The position numbers and the translations under genes are program-made. The notes under the pieces were generated by a model. It saw only the letters and a program-made list of their open reading frames with translations, did no database searches and was not told the origin of the DNA. This document shows, one piece after another, positions 43,401-51,580 of a stretch of DNA of 64,000 bases (the stretch's first letter is position 1; every line of letters starts with the position of its first letter). The DNA lies in assembly GCA_963770935.1 (NCBI GenBank), contig CAVYRJ010000016.1, positions 1-64,000 on the forward strand, given 5' to 3'. This DNA comes from Candidatus Bathyarchaeota archaeon. GTDB lineage: Archaea; Thermoproteota; Bathyarchaeia; Bathyarchaeales; Bathycorpusculaceae.

Positions 43401-44259
43401 CACTGACTCTTTCGTGCTGCCTGTTGGACTACAAATTTGGATACCTATGAATTCCTCCTCAAACGTATTGCCAAACTACCAAGCATTCACAATCGGAGGC
43501 ACTCTTGATTCAGAAAGAGGCGGAGGCTTCCCTCTGGGCGGACAACTAAACTTTGGTTCAGGAGACGGTGACTTTAGTTCAATACTGGGCTCGATATATC
43601 TCTCTGAATATTGGACAAATCAAACAGATTACCTAGGAGAAGCAAACGGCAAAACTTCAACTTCCAGAGCAACCGACCAATATGATGCATATTTAGTCAA
43701 AACTTCCCTTCCAGTCGATGATCCACAGCTAGAGAACATTGCACAATGGATTCAGGAATTCACAAACACAAACGAGCTTGGATACCGCCTTCTTGCAGAA
43801 GACGACTTCTATGTTGCAAGCACCAAATTAACCTACTCAAACATCGAAACCACCCTAGAAATGACCGATCGAATAGCTTCTTTCCTTCAAATATATGTCA
43901 CGTTCGGTCTGGTCATAGGTGCAGTAGGCATGGGTGTAATCTCAGTACGTAACGTCTCTGAGAGAAAACGCGAAATCGGAATGATGCGCGCCATAGGTTT
44001 CTCCAGAAGGGAAGTAGTCCTATCTGTTCTCTTTGAACTGGTAGTGCTGGGAATAATCGGTTTAGCGATCGGCGTGATTAACGGATTACTGATTAGCGTA
44101 GGATTTGCTAACATGCAAGACGTTGCACTGGTAATTCCCTGGCAAGAAATCGGAGTATACCTCTCTATCATCGTGTTCATAGCCATCGGTTCAGGTTCAA
44201 TACCTGCACTTGTGGCATCAAGAATTCCCCCTGCAGAAGCCTTGAGGTATGTCGGATGA
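40450..44259 (+). CDS. Giant MacB/FtsX-type ABC permease (two FtsX modules)
   Basis: SVEDREFQTGVMRAVG and NVSERKREIGMMRAIG; large extracytoplasmic domains. Confidence 0.9.
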   Translation: MGLKSSFMIAWRSLSRRKSKNLSAILAVTLGVTLLVGIQITTATLDNAFLASLSQSQGEVDVQISNATLGGYLKIEDQALISDLAPEAFGIMPELTAQIPALVESHFEPKMSAAGVPVNYPEVFGIFYDWKTGNKLDLNGLLDSNSSILLSSNQAEKLGIDKDTSLPVKLTTEFTNLTKTLIPPTVPLVNWTINANITTANYILNSTITNLSLEVQPINFQGIAMTYTTECPNLNLSNYSYVNITATGSPNTAVIFGFLLDDGTTMTVANLTDPSTLNTLSYDLTPYTNRTLSGTSFLTAMSLNGTNAKLDITEIAFETSNQTDSQRLSLAKYTSEISRVDLQVVGIYDSSRPGIGSQFSGAVFRLEYLQDWLSLKDQNQQTDIVSAFSIAYKGDHFVKEMNEDYLQAIVDHLNATIPRDTDPVTGEPIDIYQINSARLNFFDLASFFITLMSTMLTALGFLIMLTGVLLITNIQLMSVEDREFQTGVMRAVGENRRGIFYSIMIENLFQGVIGGLLGLLGGLAFGQAVAVYLVGLFGTGQLSVQPVISETTIILSVTIGVVLSIVTGIFPALRASQVKIVEALRGIQVKFKSKSSRNLVALGILMTVLGTFVLLYNGSFDKETQVIWSSQGWDSLGEWRNLLIGFGFLTGGLGFILSRFIDRVKAFNIAAITLWAFPSILFVYAMGNWVKGITGLSIEILILGIVEIIIGSLLFVALNLPILMRGLRTILIKIRGAKGIGQFSPALISSHITRSTLTFAIFAIILTLNVLVAALIPTSLGTATQIENDSNGVDFTVFLSKPEAIIPGTNYTQELYNIDDRITDVIGFKTFKPGTDFTKFVALEDPQSDEFDYKTDFLPIGIGEFKPEQIRGNALTYLDSNWRYPAFISTFPDGVRESMIPDMSDSLAQELSKKSWDTLFNPQYEMAAYNVSSDLLSVFSGEGDISNLDLGSGGGFGGNGEDPLADVQPLTDNTTSIIKHPIVFTDSFVLPVGLQIWIPMNSSSNVLPNYQAFTIGGTLDSERGGGFPLGGQLNFGSGDGDFSSILGSIYLSEYWTNQTDYLGEANGKTSTSRATDQYDAYLVKTSLPVDDPQLENIAQWIQEFTNTNELGYRLLAEDDFYVASTKLTYSNIETTLEMTDRIASFLQIYVTFGLVIGAVGMGVISVRNVSERKREIGMMRAIGFSRREVVLSVLFELVVLGIIGLAIGVINGLLISVGFANMQDVALVIPWQEIGVYLSIIVFIAIGSGSIPALVASRIPPAEALRYVG

Positions 44260-44996
44260 AAAACAACAAAACAATACAACCCCCAGAAGATATTCTCAAC
44301 ATAACTAATCTACATAAGCGATACAACAAAGGCAAATCAAACGAAGTCCATGCCCTTCGAGGAGTAGACTTAACAGTCAAAAAAGGCGACATGATGGCAA
44401 TCATGGGAGCATCGGGATGCGGAAAAACTACTCTGCTCAACATGATAGGCAACTTGGACCGCCGCTCGTCAGGACAAATAATAATCGATGGAGTAGACAC
44501 CTCCAAGCTATCTGATGGTGAAAAAACCGCGTTTCGCAGAGACAAAATCGGATTCATATTTCAACTATTCAATCTCTTCCCCTTCCTGAGCGCCGTTGAA
44601 AACGTTGAAACCCCCCTACTGCTACGAGGCTTAAACTCTGGACTAGCAAGAGAGCAGGCAAAAATGATGCTACGCGAATTAGGCATTGGCGACCGCCTCT
44701 ACCACCTACCAAAAGAACTCTCAGGTGGACAACAACAAAGAGTCGCCATAGCTCGCGCATTAATCAATCAACCCGCCATCATCTTAGGAGATGAACCCAC
44801 CGGCGATCTAGACTCTACAACAAGCACAGATGTTATGGATCTTTTCCGCCGAATCAACAGAGTCAACCAACAGACCCTAATTTTGGTCACGCACAACCGT
44901 TGGATTGCAGAAAAATGCGACTACATCGTTCACATGAGCGATGGTCAAATCTCAGGCATAGAAAACAACCAAAAAAGCATGGAGGCCAAAAGATGA
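44256..44996 (+). CDS. ABC ATPase, LolD/MacB type
   Basis: GASGCGKT, LSGGQQQR, DEPTG; ATGA overlap with the permease. Confidence 0.95.
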   Translation: MKNNKTIQPPEDILNITNLHKRYNKGKSNEVHALRGVDLTVKKGDMMAIMGASGCGKTTLLNMIGNLDRRSSGQIIIDGVDTSKLSDGEKTAFRRDKIGFIFQLFNLFPFLSAVENVETPLLLRGLNSGLAREQAKMMLRELGIGDRLYHLPKELSGGQQQRVAIARALINQPAIILGDEPTGDLDSTTSTDVMDLFRRINRVNQQTLILVTHNRWIAEKCDYIVHMSDGQISGIENNQKSMEAKR

Positions 44997-46811
44997 AAGC
45001 CTACTACTCTGCCATAATAGACAAATCTGCCCTTTCAGAAAACGCCAAATTATCCAAAAACCTAGCCGAGACCTTAAAGAGAAATCTTAAAACCCACAAA
45101 TCCAAAATACAACGTAAAGAATTTAACACCTTCATATTTCTATCAGCGGAAAAACAACTCCAAAAAACAATTGATTCAAAAACCATTGAGCAAACGCAAG
45201 AAAAACTGCAAAAACAACTCCAAGAATACTACACTAAGAACAGATCAAAGCTTGAAAAGAAGCTCAAAAACAGCCGAGAGTTAAAGGAGACATCGCAGAT
45301 AGTAGGGACGTTTCTAAAGGAGATAGATCCCAAACTCCAAAAAGTATTCAATATTCAACTCAGAAAACAACTCTCGGAACTCCCAATAAAATTCTATGAA
45401 ATCCAAAATAATAGTTTTACTGCAATTTGGAACTTGAATGAAGAGAATACAATCCAAGTGTATCTATCAGCTTGCCCAAATCAAACCCTCAAGCATCTGC
45501 AAATCCAGCAGCAAACAGATATAGAGAAAATGGTCGACAAGATAGAGTTCCTCAATTTCTTCTCAACATTTCTTGATCCAACCTTAAAACGCCTCAAGGA
45601 TATGAATGGAGTCTTAGAAAGACTGAAGTTAGGTCTTGAAGGAACACACTTCAAAAGTAGCGAGAAGGAAACTCAAAACAAGCTTGAAATGTTCCTTCGT
45701 ATTTTATCAGCGAAACTCAGTGCGCTGCAAAACATGGACAAGGCAATCCTATCAATATTTAAGTTATTCAACGAAGTAAACGATTACTTTACGCAGAACC
45801 AACGTCATAGAGCCAAATTCCGAGTGCCATAAAGTTGTTGAAGAAGTATCACAAAAGATAGATGAAGGCAGAAGCCTTGTATCAGAGGTTCAAGAAAAAC
45901 TCGAAGAATGCCTACTTGACTTAAAAGATTATCTGGATGAAACAAAGAACGGAATAAAAACCATTAACTCCAAAGACGAGTTTAAACTTGCACTGCTAAA
46001 TATGGCTGAATTGAGCTCTGATTTGTTCATTGAAGCAGAGATATCAAAGGTTTGGATAGACTTCTTTAGCGCAGACATTCCCTTCTATGCTTTCCAGTCC
46101 ACGCTCTTTAATATAAAAACCCCGCAGCTTTCAGAAGCCTCAGCTGAAAGCATCATCTCAGTTAGAGCTTTAGTTAAAAACTACACGTTAGGACAAACCA
46201 CTGTGTATGCCGTCAGAGGTGTGGACCTTGACATTAAAGACGGCGAGTTTGTGGCAATAGTTGGCAACTCTGGAGCAGGAAAGACGACTCTGCTTAATTG
46301 TATGGCTGGGCTTGACGATCCTGATTATGGAGTTGTATTCTTCAAGGGAAAAGACCTTCACAGTTTGGATGACAAACAAAAATCAAGAGCTAGATTACTA
46401 GACATGGGATTTATCTTCCAAAATTATGCTTTAATGCCTCATTTCAACGCCCGAGAGAATGTGGCGTTGCCAGCTGATATAGCAGGTTTTAGCAAAGATT
46501 TGAAGAATAGAATAGAAGAGCTTCTTGAAGGTGTTGGAATCAGCAAGCAAGCTAAACAATATCCTGCCCAATTGAGTGGAGGACAACTGCAGCGTGTAGC
46601 TATAGCACGAGCATTAACGAACCGACCTAAAGTCTTATTTGCCGATGAACCAACTGGCGACTTAGATTCCAAAACCGGAAAGCAAGTTATGGAATTGATT
46701 AAGAAATTTCATGAAGAAACTAAAACCACGATAATCATAATTACCCACGAACAAGATATTGCTGGTTATGCTCAAAAGCAGATAAAAATAGAAGATGGAG
46801 TAATTGAATAA
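44993..46811 (+). CDS. Helical/coiled-coil domain fused to a LolD-type ABC ATPase (frameshift near 45795)
   Basis: ATG 44993 with GGAGG SD and ATGA overlap; the frame of ORF 46002 is open back to at least 45783; [13 protein letters not shown]. Confidence 0.72.
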
Positions 46812-46945
46812 AAATTGATGTTTTACCTTAATTTTGATTGGTTTTTTGAGTTTCCTTTGGCTTGAGCGCGTAATGTCGGGCGCGGGCGCTAAGCACCGCG
46901 TATTGTTTTTATTTATCTTCTTTGTATGTATCTTGAAAAGTGTTT

Positions 46946-47085
46946 GGGGTTGTAGTATAGCCAGGTAGTACGGCGGGCTCCAGAAAGCATTGATTGCTTG
47001 ACCCGTTAGGGGATGACGAAATTCTGGAGCGGTCTACTTTGGGGAAACCCGTTGGTCATCGGTTCAAATCCGATCAGCCCCACCA
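46946..47085 (+). tRNA. tRNA-Trp(CCA) with a 63-nt intron (46984-47046) at 37/38
   Basis: Acceptor GGGGTTG/CAGCCCC-ACCA; anticodon CCA at 46980-46982; BHB with CTCC/GGGG central helix; ATCGG-TTCAAAT-CCGAT T-arm. Confidence 0.93.
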
Positions 47086-47290
47086 TTTACTTTAATAAAA
47101 GTTCGCTGAAGAATTTTCTTTATATTCTATAAGAGATTACGCTGATAAACAGGCAAACAGTAGATTTTGATTCTTTACTTTTCCCAAGAACTCCTCTACA
47201 TCTATTTTCTCAAAGGGAACAAGTTTAGCATCTTCAAATAGAACAATAAGATTATTTACCATTGCCCATGTTCCATGAGCGAGCGTGTTC

Positions 47291-47923
47291 CTATGTTCCA
47301 CTTTTCATTTTTTCATACATCTTCTCAAAAGTCCAGCGGATACTAGACTTTAACTCCTTGAGACGCTCGTCATCGGCATTTTTGATTATTATCTCGCGGA
47401 TTAAGTCGCCTTGTCGGATGATGTTGTAGGATAACATTTGATCGGTCGCTAATTGGCCTAACCTGACTAGTTCTTTGTCTTTGTCCTGCATTTTAGAGAA
47501 GACCTTTTCAACAAGGAAGTTGCTAAATGGGGGGGTGTTTACGCTGAAGTTTTTGCTTTCGTCAGGCAACACGTGAATTGATTGCTTATCAAAGTACATG
47601 AGTGCTAGGGGTTCATCTGCCATGGTTTTTAGGGGTATGACGCTTTCAGGTTCGGTATGTTGCTGAGTTGGTGCTGCTTTGGGCGGTTCAGGTTCATGTT
47701 TTGGCAAAACTACTTCTTTTGGAACTGGAGCTGGGGCTGCAGGGACTTCTTTTATGTCGCCTCGTTTGAAGCCTTTCTCAAGCAAAATCTGGTTAACTGT
47801 ATCGAGGGTTGCTTGGACTTCTTTGGTTTCAACCGTTAATTTTTCCAGTTGCTCTTCAAGCCGTTTCTTGAAGGCTATCATAGATTTCATTTTTTCCTGG
47901 TCTAAAGACAAGCCAATCAGCAC
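47291..47923 (-). CDS. Hypothetical protein with N-terminal coiled coil
   Basis: 210-aa ORF just downstream of lig on the same strand. Confidence 0.75.
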   Translation of the reverse strand: MLIGLSLDQEKMKSMIAFKKRLEEQLEKLTVETKEVQATLDTVNQILLEKGFKRGDIKEVPAAPAPVPKEVVLPKHEPEPPKAAPTQQHTEPESVIPLKTMADEPLALMYFDKQSIHVLPDESKNFSVNTPPFSNFLVEKVFSKMQDKDKELVRLGQLATDQMLSYNIIRQGDLIREIIIKNADDERLKELKSSIRWTFEKMYEKMKSGT

Positions 47924-47956
47924 TCAAGCTACAATGCGCATTGGTGCTTATCAGTT

Positions 47957-49747
47957 TTAGCTTTTTGAGACTTCGCCGATTTTCTTTAGTTGCCCACGGT
48001 ACATCTCCACGATTTCCTTAGATGAGGTAGCATCTTCAGGAGCCTTGTCAGTGCGGTATTTGCCTGTGAATCGTGGAAAACGAATAGCTAAACCAGCGCC
48101 TTTGCGGATGGAATCCATAGCGGACATGTGAATGGGGCTCAAAGTGACTTCTGCACCTAAAATCTCCAAAACCACCGCGGGCTCAAACCAAACATCTGCC
48201 TCGAGCATCGATTGAACGCGGCTGTTTTTGCGTGGAATCAAATGTTTCTGGAGCATTTCATGAAGCGTTGCTAAGTCCTTGTCGGTAAATCCAGTGCCGC
48301 ATTTGGTGACTGTTTCAAACGTGTCATTTTCGCTGTTGTAGGTGGCTAAGAGCAAAGCGCCGTAGGTTCCCACTCGTTTGCCTCTGCCATGGAAAGCGCC
48401 AACCACAACCAAGTCCACGGTGTCAGTCATTTCGCTCTTGTAGTCGCGTTTGTATTTTATCCAAAGCCAACCACGGCTACCCGCCTGGTAAACGGAGTCT
48501 TTGGCAACCGATTTGGACATTAAACCTTCGCAGCCTTCCCCGATGGCTTGCTCAAAGAAATCCTCCAGCTCCTTTGGGCTTCTGACAAGTTTTTGTGTTG
48601 CGGGTTTCATGCGGTCGCTTTGCTTGATGATTTTCTCAAGTGTTTTGCGTCTTTGAGGGAAGGGTTCTTGTGTTAGGTCTTTGCCATCTGCGAAGAGCGC
48701 GTCGAAAGCAAAAAGCGAAATTGGGTAATCCTTTATGGCTGCTTCCACTCCGTACTTGCGCCTACGATGCATCAACTCTTGGAAAGGACGCATGTCCCCT
48801 GTTTCTAAATCCATGGCGACGCATTCAGCTTCCAAAATGGCTTCTTTGGCAGCAATTTTTTCTTTGATTAAATCCACGGCGTCGGGGTACTGGTCAGAGA
48901 TGTTCTCCAACCGTCTAGAAAACAGCACAACCTTACCGTCTTTTTTGTGCGCTTGAATTCGTTCGCCATCATACTTGTATTCAGCCACGCATTTGCCGTT
49001 AAACTTTTCCAAAATCTCCTCAGGAGCTCCAAGCCGCTCGGCCAACATAGGTCTTATGGGTTCAAAAACCATGACTTGGAACTTTTGGATGCCCTCTAAG
49101 CCTTTTTCGGCAACGACTCTAGCGACTCTACCCAAGTCGGAGGAGATGTTGTAGGCTCGTTCGATTAGTTCGCGTGCTTCTTTTCCTCCGCCATAAGCAA
49201 TCGACAACGCGTCAAGCACAGTCATATCTGCAATTCCCAAGCGCAGGTTACCTGTGACGGTTCGAATGATCCATTTTGCCTCTTTCGGCGAGGCATCTGT
49301 TAGTAGCCCACAAAGAAGCGCCATCTTCATATCCACCGCGCCAGAGCCTGAGGTTTTTGCCAGTTTATCAAGCGTCTCATAAACCCGCTCTGTAGTGAGT
49401 GTTTTGGTGAAGAACGTGGATTGTTTGCGTTTTGCCAATTGTTTTTCAGTAGTTTCGCCGATGTCGCCGCTTTTCTGCAGCTCAGCTTGGATTACGCTCT
49501 CACTTTGCCCAGCTGCACGTGAAAGGGCTTTTATGGTAAGTTTTTCCGCCACACCCATCTCGACGCCTACAAATTCAGGGTAGAGTTTGCCCTGCGTCAA
49601 GTAAACAACCTTTGAAATGATGTCTTTTGGGGTTTTTCTTAGCAATTCAACCAATAGATCAGTCATTTCTAGGCGTTTGGTTGTCGCCTCGATTTTTTGG
49701 TAGGCTTCAGCGATTATGGCGTAGTCCATGGTTTTTTTCGCCAACAC
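47957..49747 (-). CDS. lig: ATP-dependent DNA ligase
   Basis: PMLA, EYKYDGER, EGLMSK, WIKYKRDY, RFPRF. Confidence 0.97.
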   Translation of the reverse strand: MLAKKTMDYAIIAEAYQKIEATTKRLEMTDLLVELLRKTPKDIISKVVYLTQGKLYPEFVGVEMGVAEKLTIKALSRAAGQSESVIQAELQKSGDIGETTEKQLAKRKQSTFFTKTLTTERVYETLDKLAKTSGSGAVDMKMALLCGLLTDASPKEAKWIIRTVTGNLRLGIADMTVLDALSIAYGGGKEARELIERAYNISSDLGRVARVVAEKGLEGIQKFQVMVFEPIRPMLAERLGAPEEILEKFNGKCVAEYKYDGERIQAHKKDGKVVLFSRRLENISDQYPDAVDLIKEKIAAKEAILEAECVAMDLETGDMRPFQELMHRRRKYGVEAAIKDYPISLFAFDALFADGKDLTQEPFPQRRKTLEKIIKQSDRMKPATQKLVRSPKELEDFFEQAIGEGCEGLMSKSVAKDSVYQAGSRGWLWIKYKRDYKSEMTDTVDLVVVGAFHGRGKRVGTYGALLLATYNSENDTFETVTKCGTGFTDKDLATLHEMLQKHLIPRKNSRVQSMLEADVWFEPAVVLEILGAEVTLSPIHMSAMDSIRKGAGLAIRFPRFTGKYRTDKAPEDATSSKEIVEMYRGQLKKIGEVSKS

Positions 49748-49830
49748 AAATACTGCTTGGCTGAACTTTTAAACTTACCATATAATCTATTGGAGAAGGT
49801 TATATTAACTAAGCAAACGCTAATTCAATT

Positions 49831-50241
49831 ATGGACCCATGTGTAATTTATTTTTCAAGAACAGGCAACACTAAACGGTTAGCACAAACAATAGCCGATG
49901 CAGCAAATGCGCCCCTCATGGACATTGCAGGAACTTTGCCCTCGACTATCGAAACTTTTGACCCATTAATCCTTGGTACACCCGTTGAAGGTTCAAGTCC
50001 CGCCAAAGAAACACGGATTTTCATCGAATGTATGAATAAAGTGGAAGGTAAAAAAGCCATCCTGTTTTGCACGTACCGCATCTTTGGCAACGAACGGACA
50101 ATGAAAGCCATAGAGAAAGAGTTGAGACGCAAGGGCTACGAGACGATTTTGAAAGTCTCAAAGAAGGGTATGAAACCAGACAAAGAGGCAGATTTCTCTG
50201 AAATAGTGAGCGAAGTTAAGAAAACGCTTGAAAAGCTATAG
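49831..50241 (+). CDS. Flavodoxin-like protein
   Basis: YFSRTGNTK FMN loop, LGTP. Confidence 0.85.
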   Translation: MDPCVIYFSRTGNTKRLAQTIADAANAPLMDIAGTLPSTIETFDPLILGTPVEGSSPAKETRIFIECMNKVEGKKAILFCTYRIFGNERTMKAIEKELRRKGYETILKVSKKGMKPDKEADFSEIVSEVKKTLEKL

Positions 50242-50325
50242 TCTTCAACGAAATAGCTGATATTAAAAAAATAAAAAAGAAATTGGGAAGTACTTTCTCT
50301 GCTTAAAAGTTGAAAGATTAGGTTA

Positions 50326-50463
50326 CTAAATTGTTGGTTTAGAAGCATCTACTAAATGGGCTGTTCCGTCTGGGCAGTAGACTTTTTCGCCTTTCTCAGC
50401 GTCGCCGAATCGTTTAGTGCAGGGCTTCCTTTGAGAGCATCCATCGCAATCTCGCGATAACAT
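50326..50463 (-). CDS. 45-aa Cys/His microprotein
   Basis: Manual translation MLSRDCDGCSQRKPCTKRFGDAEKGEKVYCPDGTAHLVDASKPTI; GGAGG at 50477-50481. Confidence 0.65.
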   Translation of the reverse strand: MLSRDCDGCSQRKPCTKRFGDAEKGEKVYCPDGTAHLVDASKPTI

Positions 50464-50498
50464 TCTTGTTTCTTTTCCTCCTTTTGTTATTATGATTT

Positions 50499-50571
50499 TT
50501 CAGTGGCTGTCGCGCGCATGTTTTCTGAACTGGCGTTCTACCGATTCACACATGTGCCTTGCGCCATTGAA
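50499..50571 (-). promoter_or_regulatory. Long imperfect hairpin in the 5' leader of the microprotein
   Basis: Nested stems TTCAATGGC/GCCACTGAA, GCACATGT/ACATGCGC, TGAATCGG/CCAGTTCA; TTTAAA near 50600. Confidence 0.5.
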
Positions 50572-50701
50572 GTTCACACATAAATTATGAAGGCGCTTTT
50601 AAACATTATGAATTCTACATAAGTATCTTTTAATCACCCAATTCTTCAGCCCCAGACTTTGGGTGTGTTTTGCAGCGGAATAGTCTTAAGTTCTGATGCA
50701 A

Positions 50702-50777
50702 ATGTTTGTTTGGATGATGAGCACTAGAGTCTGAGCTTAGGCAGTGAGAAGGACTCGACGGGCGAACTGACAAGCAT
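50702..50777 (+). ncRNA. Box C/D guide sRNA
   Basis: C ATGATGA 50714-20, D' CTGA 50731-34, C' GTGAGAA 50744-50, D CTGA 50767-70; flanking stem ATGTTTG/CAAGCAT; CTTAAG at 50685-90. Confidence 0.82.
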
Positions 50778-50865
50778 AAACGAAAAACTTAATCAATAGA
50801 GCAGCTATGAAAAGTAGCTAAAACATCAGGTAATTGGCGCAATAGGAATCGAGGTGAACAAAGAA

Positions 50866-51147
50866 ATGGTTGAAATGAAGGTTGACGCTTCAGAACTCAA
50901 AGGCGAAGAAGGCAAACTAATTGAGAAACTAGCAGATTTTCTCAAAGAGAAAACAGGCGGAGACGTATCCACAGAAGGAAAAACTGTAACGGTGAAGGGC
51001 GAAGGTGAAGCGCTCGCAAAGAAGTATGTACGTATAATCGTTAAGAAGTTCCTGCACAAACATGAGTTATCTGAAACTTTCAAAGTTATCGGTGACGAAG
51101 AAGCATTAAAGGTTAAAGAGCGAAAACTCGCAGAGGAAGAAGACTAA
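50866..51147 (+). CDS. rpl22e: Ribosomal protein eL22 (L22e) homolog
   Basis: LADFLKEK, KKYVRIIVKKFLHKHELSETFKVI and an acidic tail align with eukaryotic eL22; SD GAGGTG 50851-56 favours ATG 50866. Confidence 0.8.
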   Translation: MVEMKVDASELKGEEGKLIEKLADFLKEKTGGDVSTEGKTVTVKGEGEALAKKYVRIIVKKFLHKHELSETFKVIGDEEALKVKERKLAEEED

Positions 51148-51290
51148 ACTCTTTTTCAATAATTTAATTTTATTTTTATGTTTAGAGCGTTAGCGTGCTG
51201 TCCTAATCCCTGAACAGCCTGTTCCAGAGCTTAGCATTAAATCAAAACAGCCCTTAACTGTATACATTAATCGGAGGTTGTGAAGAAAAG

Positions 51291-51467
51291 TTGAGTCGGA
51301 AAAAATTAGCTGTAGGGGCAGCAGTAATTTTGGTTTTTTCCATAACTGTGATGGCCTTTTTGACAACTTCCTACACCGCACTGCAAGCTATTAACCCCAT
51401 AGCAGCTCTAACAGCCATAACAGTGGCGATAGTAGGATTCGCCTGGTTCAAAAAAACAAGCAATTAG
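51291..51467 (+). CDS. 58-aa two-TM small membrane protein
   Basis: TTG start after GGAGGT; MSRKKLAVGAAVILVFSITVMAFL...TVAIVGFAWFKKTSN. Confidence 0.55.
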   Translation: MSRKKLAVGAAVILVFSITVMAFLTTSYTALQAINPIAALTAITVAIVGFAWFKKTSN

Positions 51468-51580
51468 GGCAGGTTGGACATGGGTTAGGAAGATATTTTT
51501 ACAGTGAAAAAACTTAAAGTTTAATGGCTTTAAGCAATAAAAGGAACACTTCAAATAAATGTTTACACCAAGTGAGCAAC

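Noticed and set aside
46862-46900. Short GC-rich hairpin CGCGG...CCGCG upstream of tRNA-Trp
   Set aside because: Single copy in the window with no flanking duplication; too little to call a MITE or ncRNA
39849-47085. ABC operon as an element integrated at tRNA-Trp
   Set aside because: It lies on the 5' side of the tRNA; no duplicated tRNA fragment or integrase was seen
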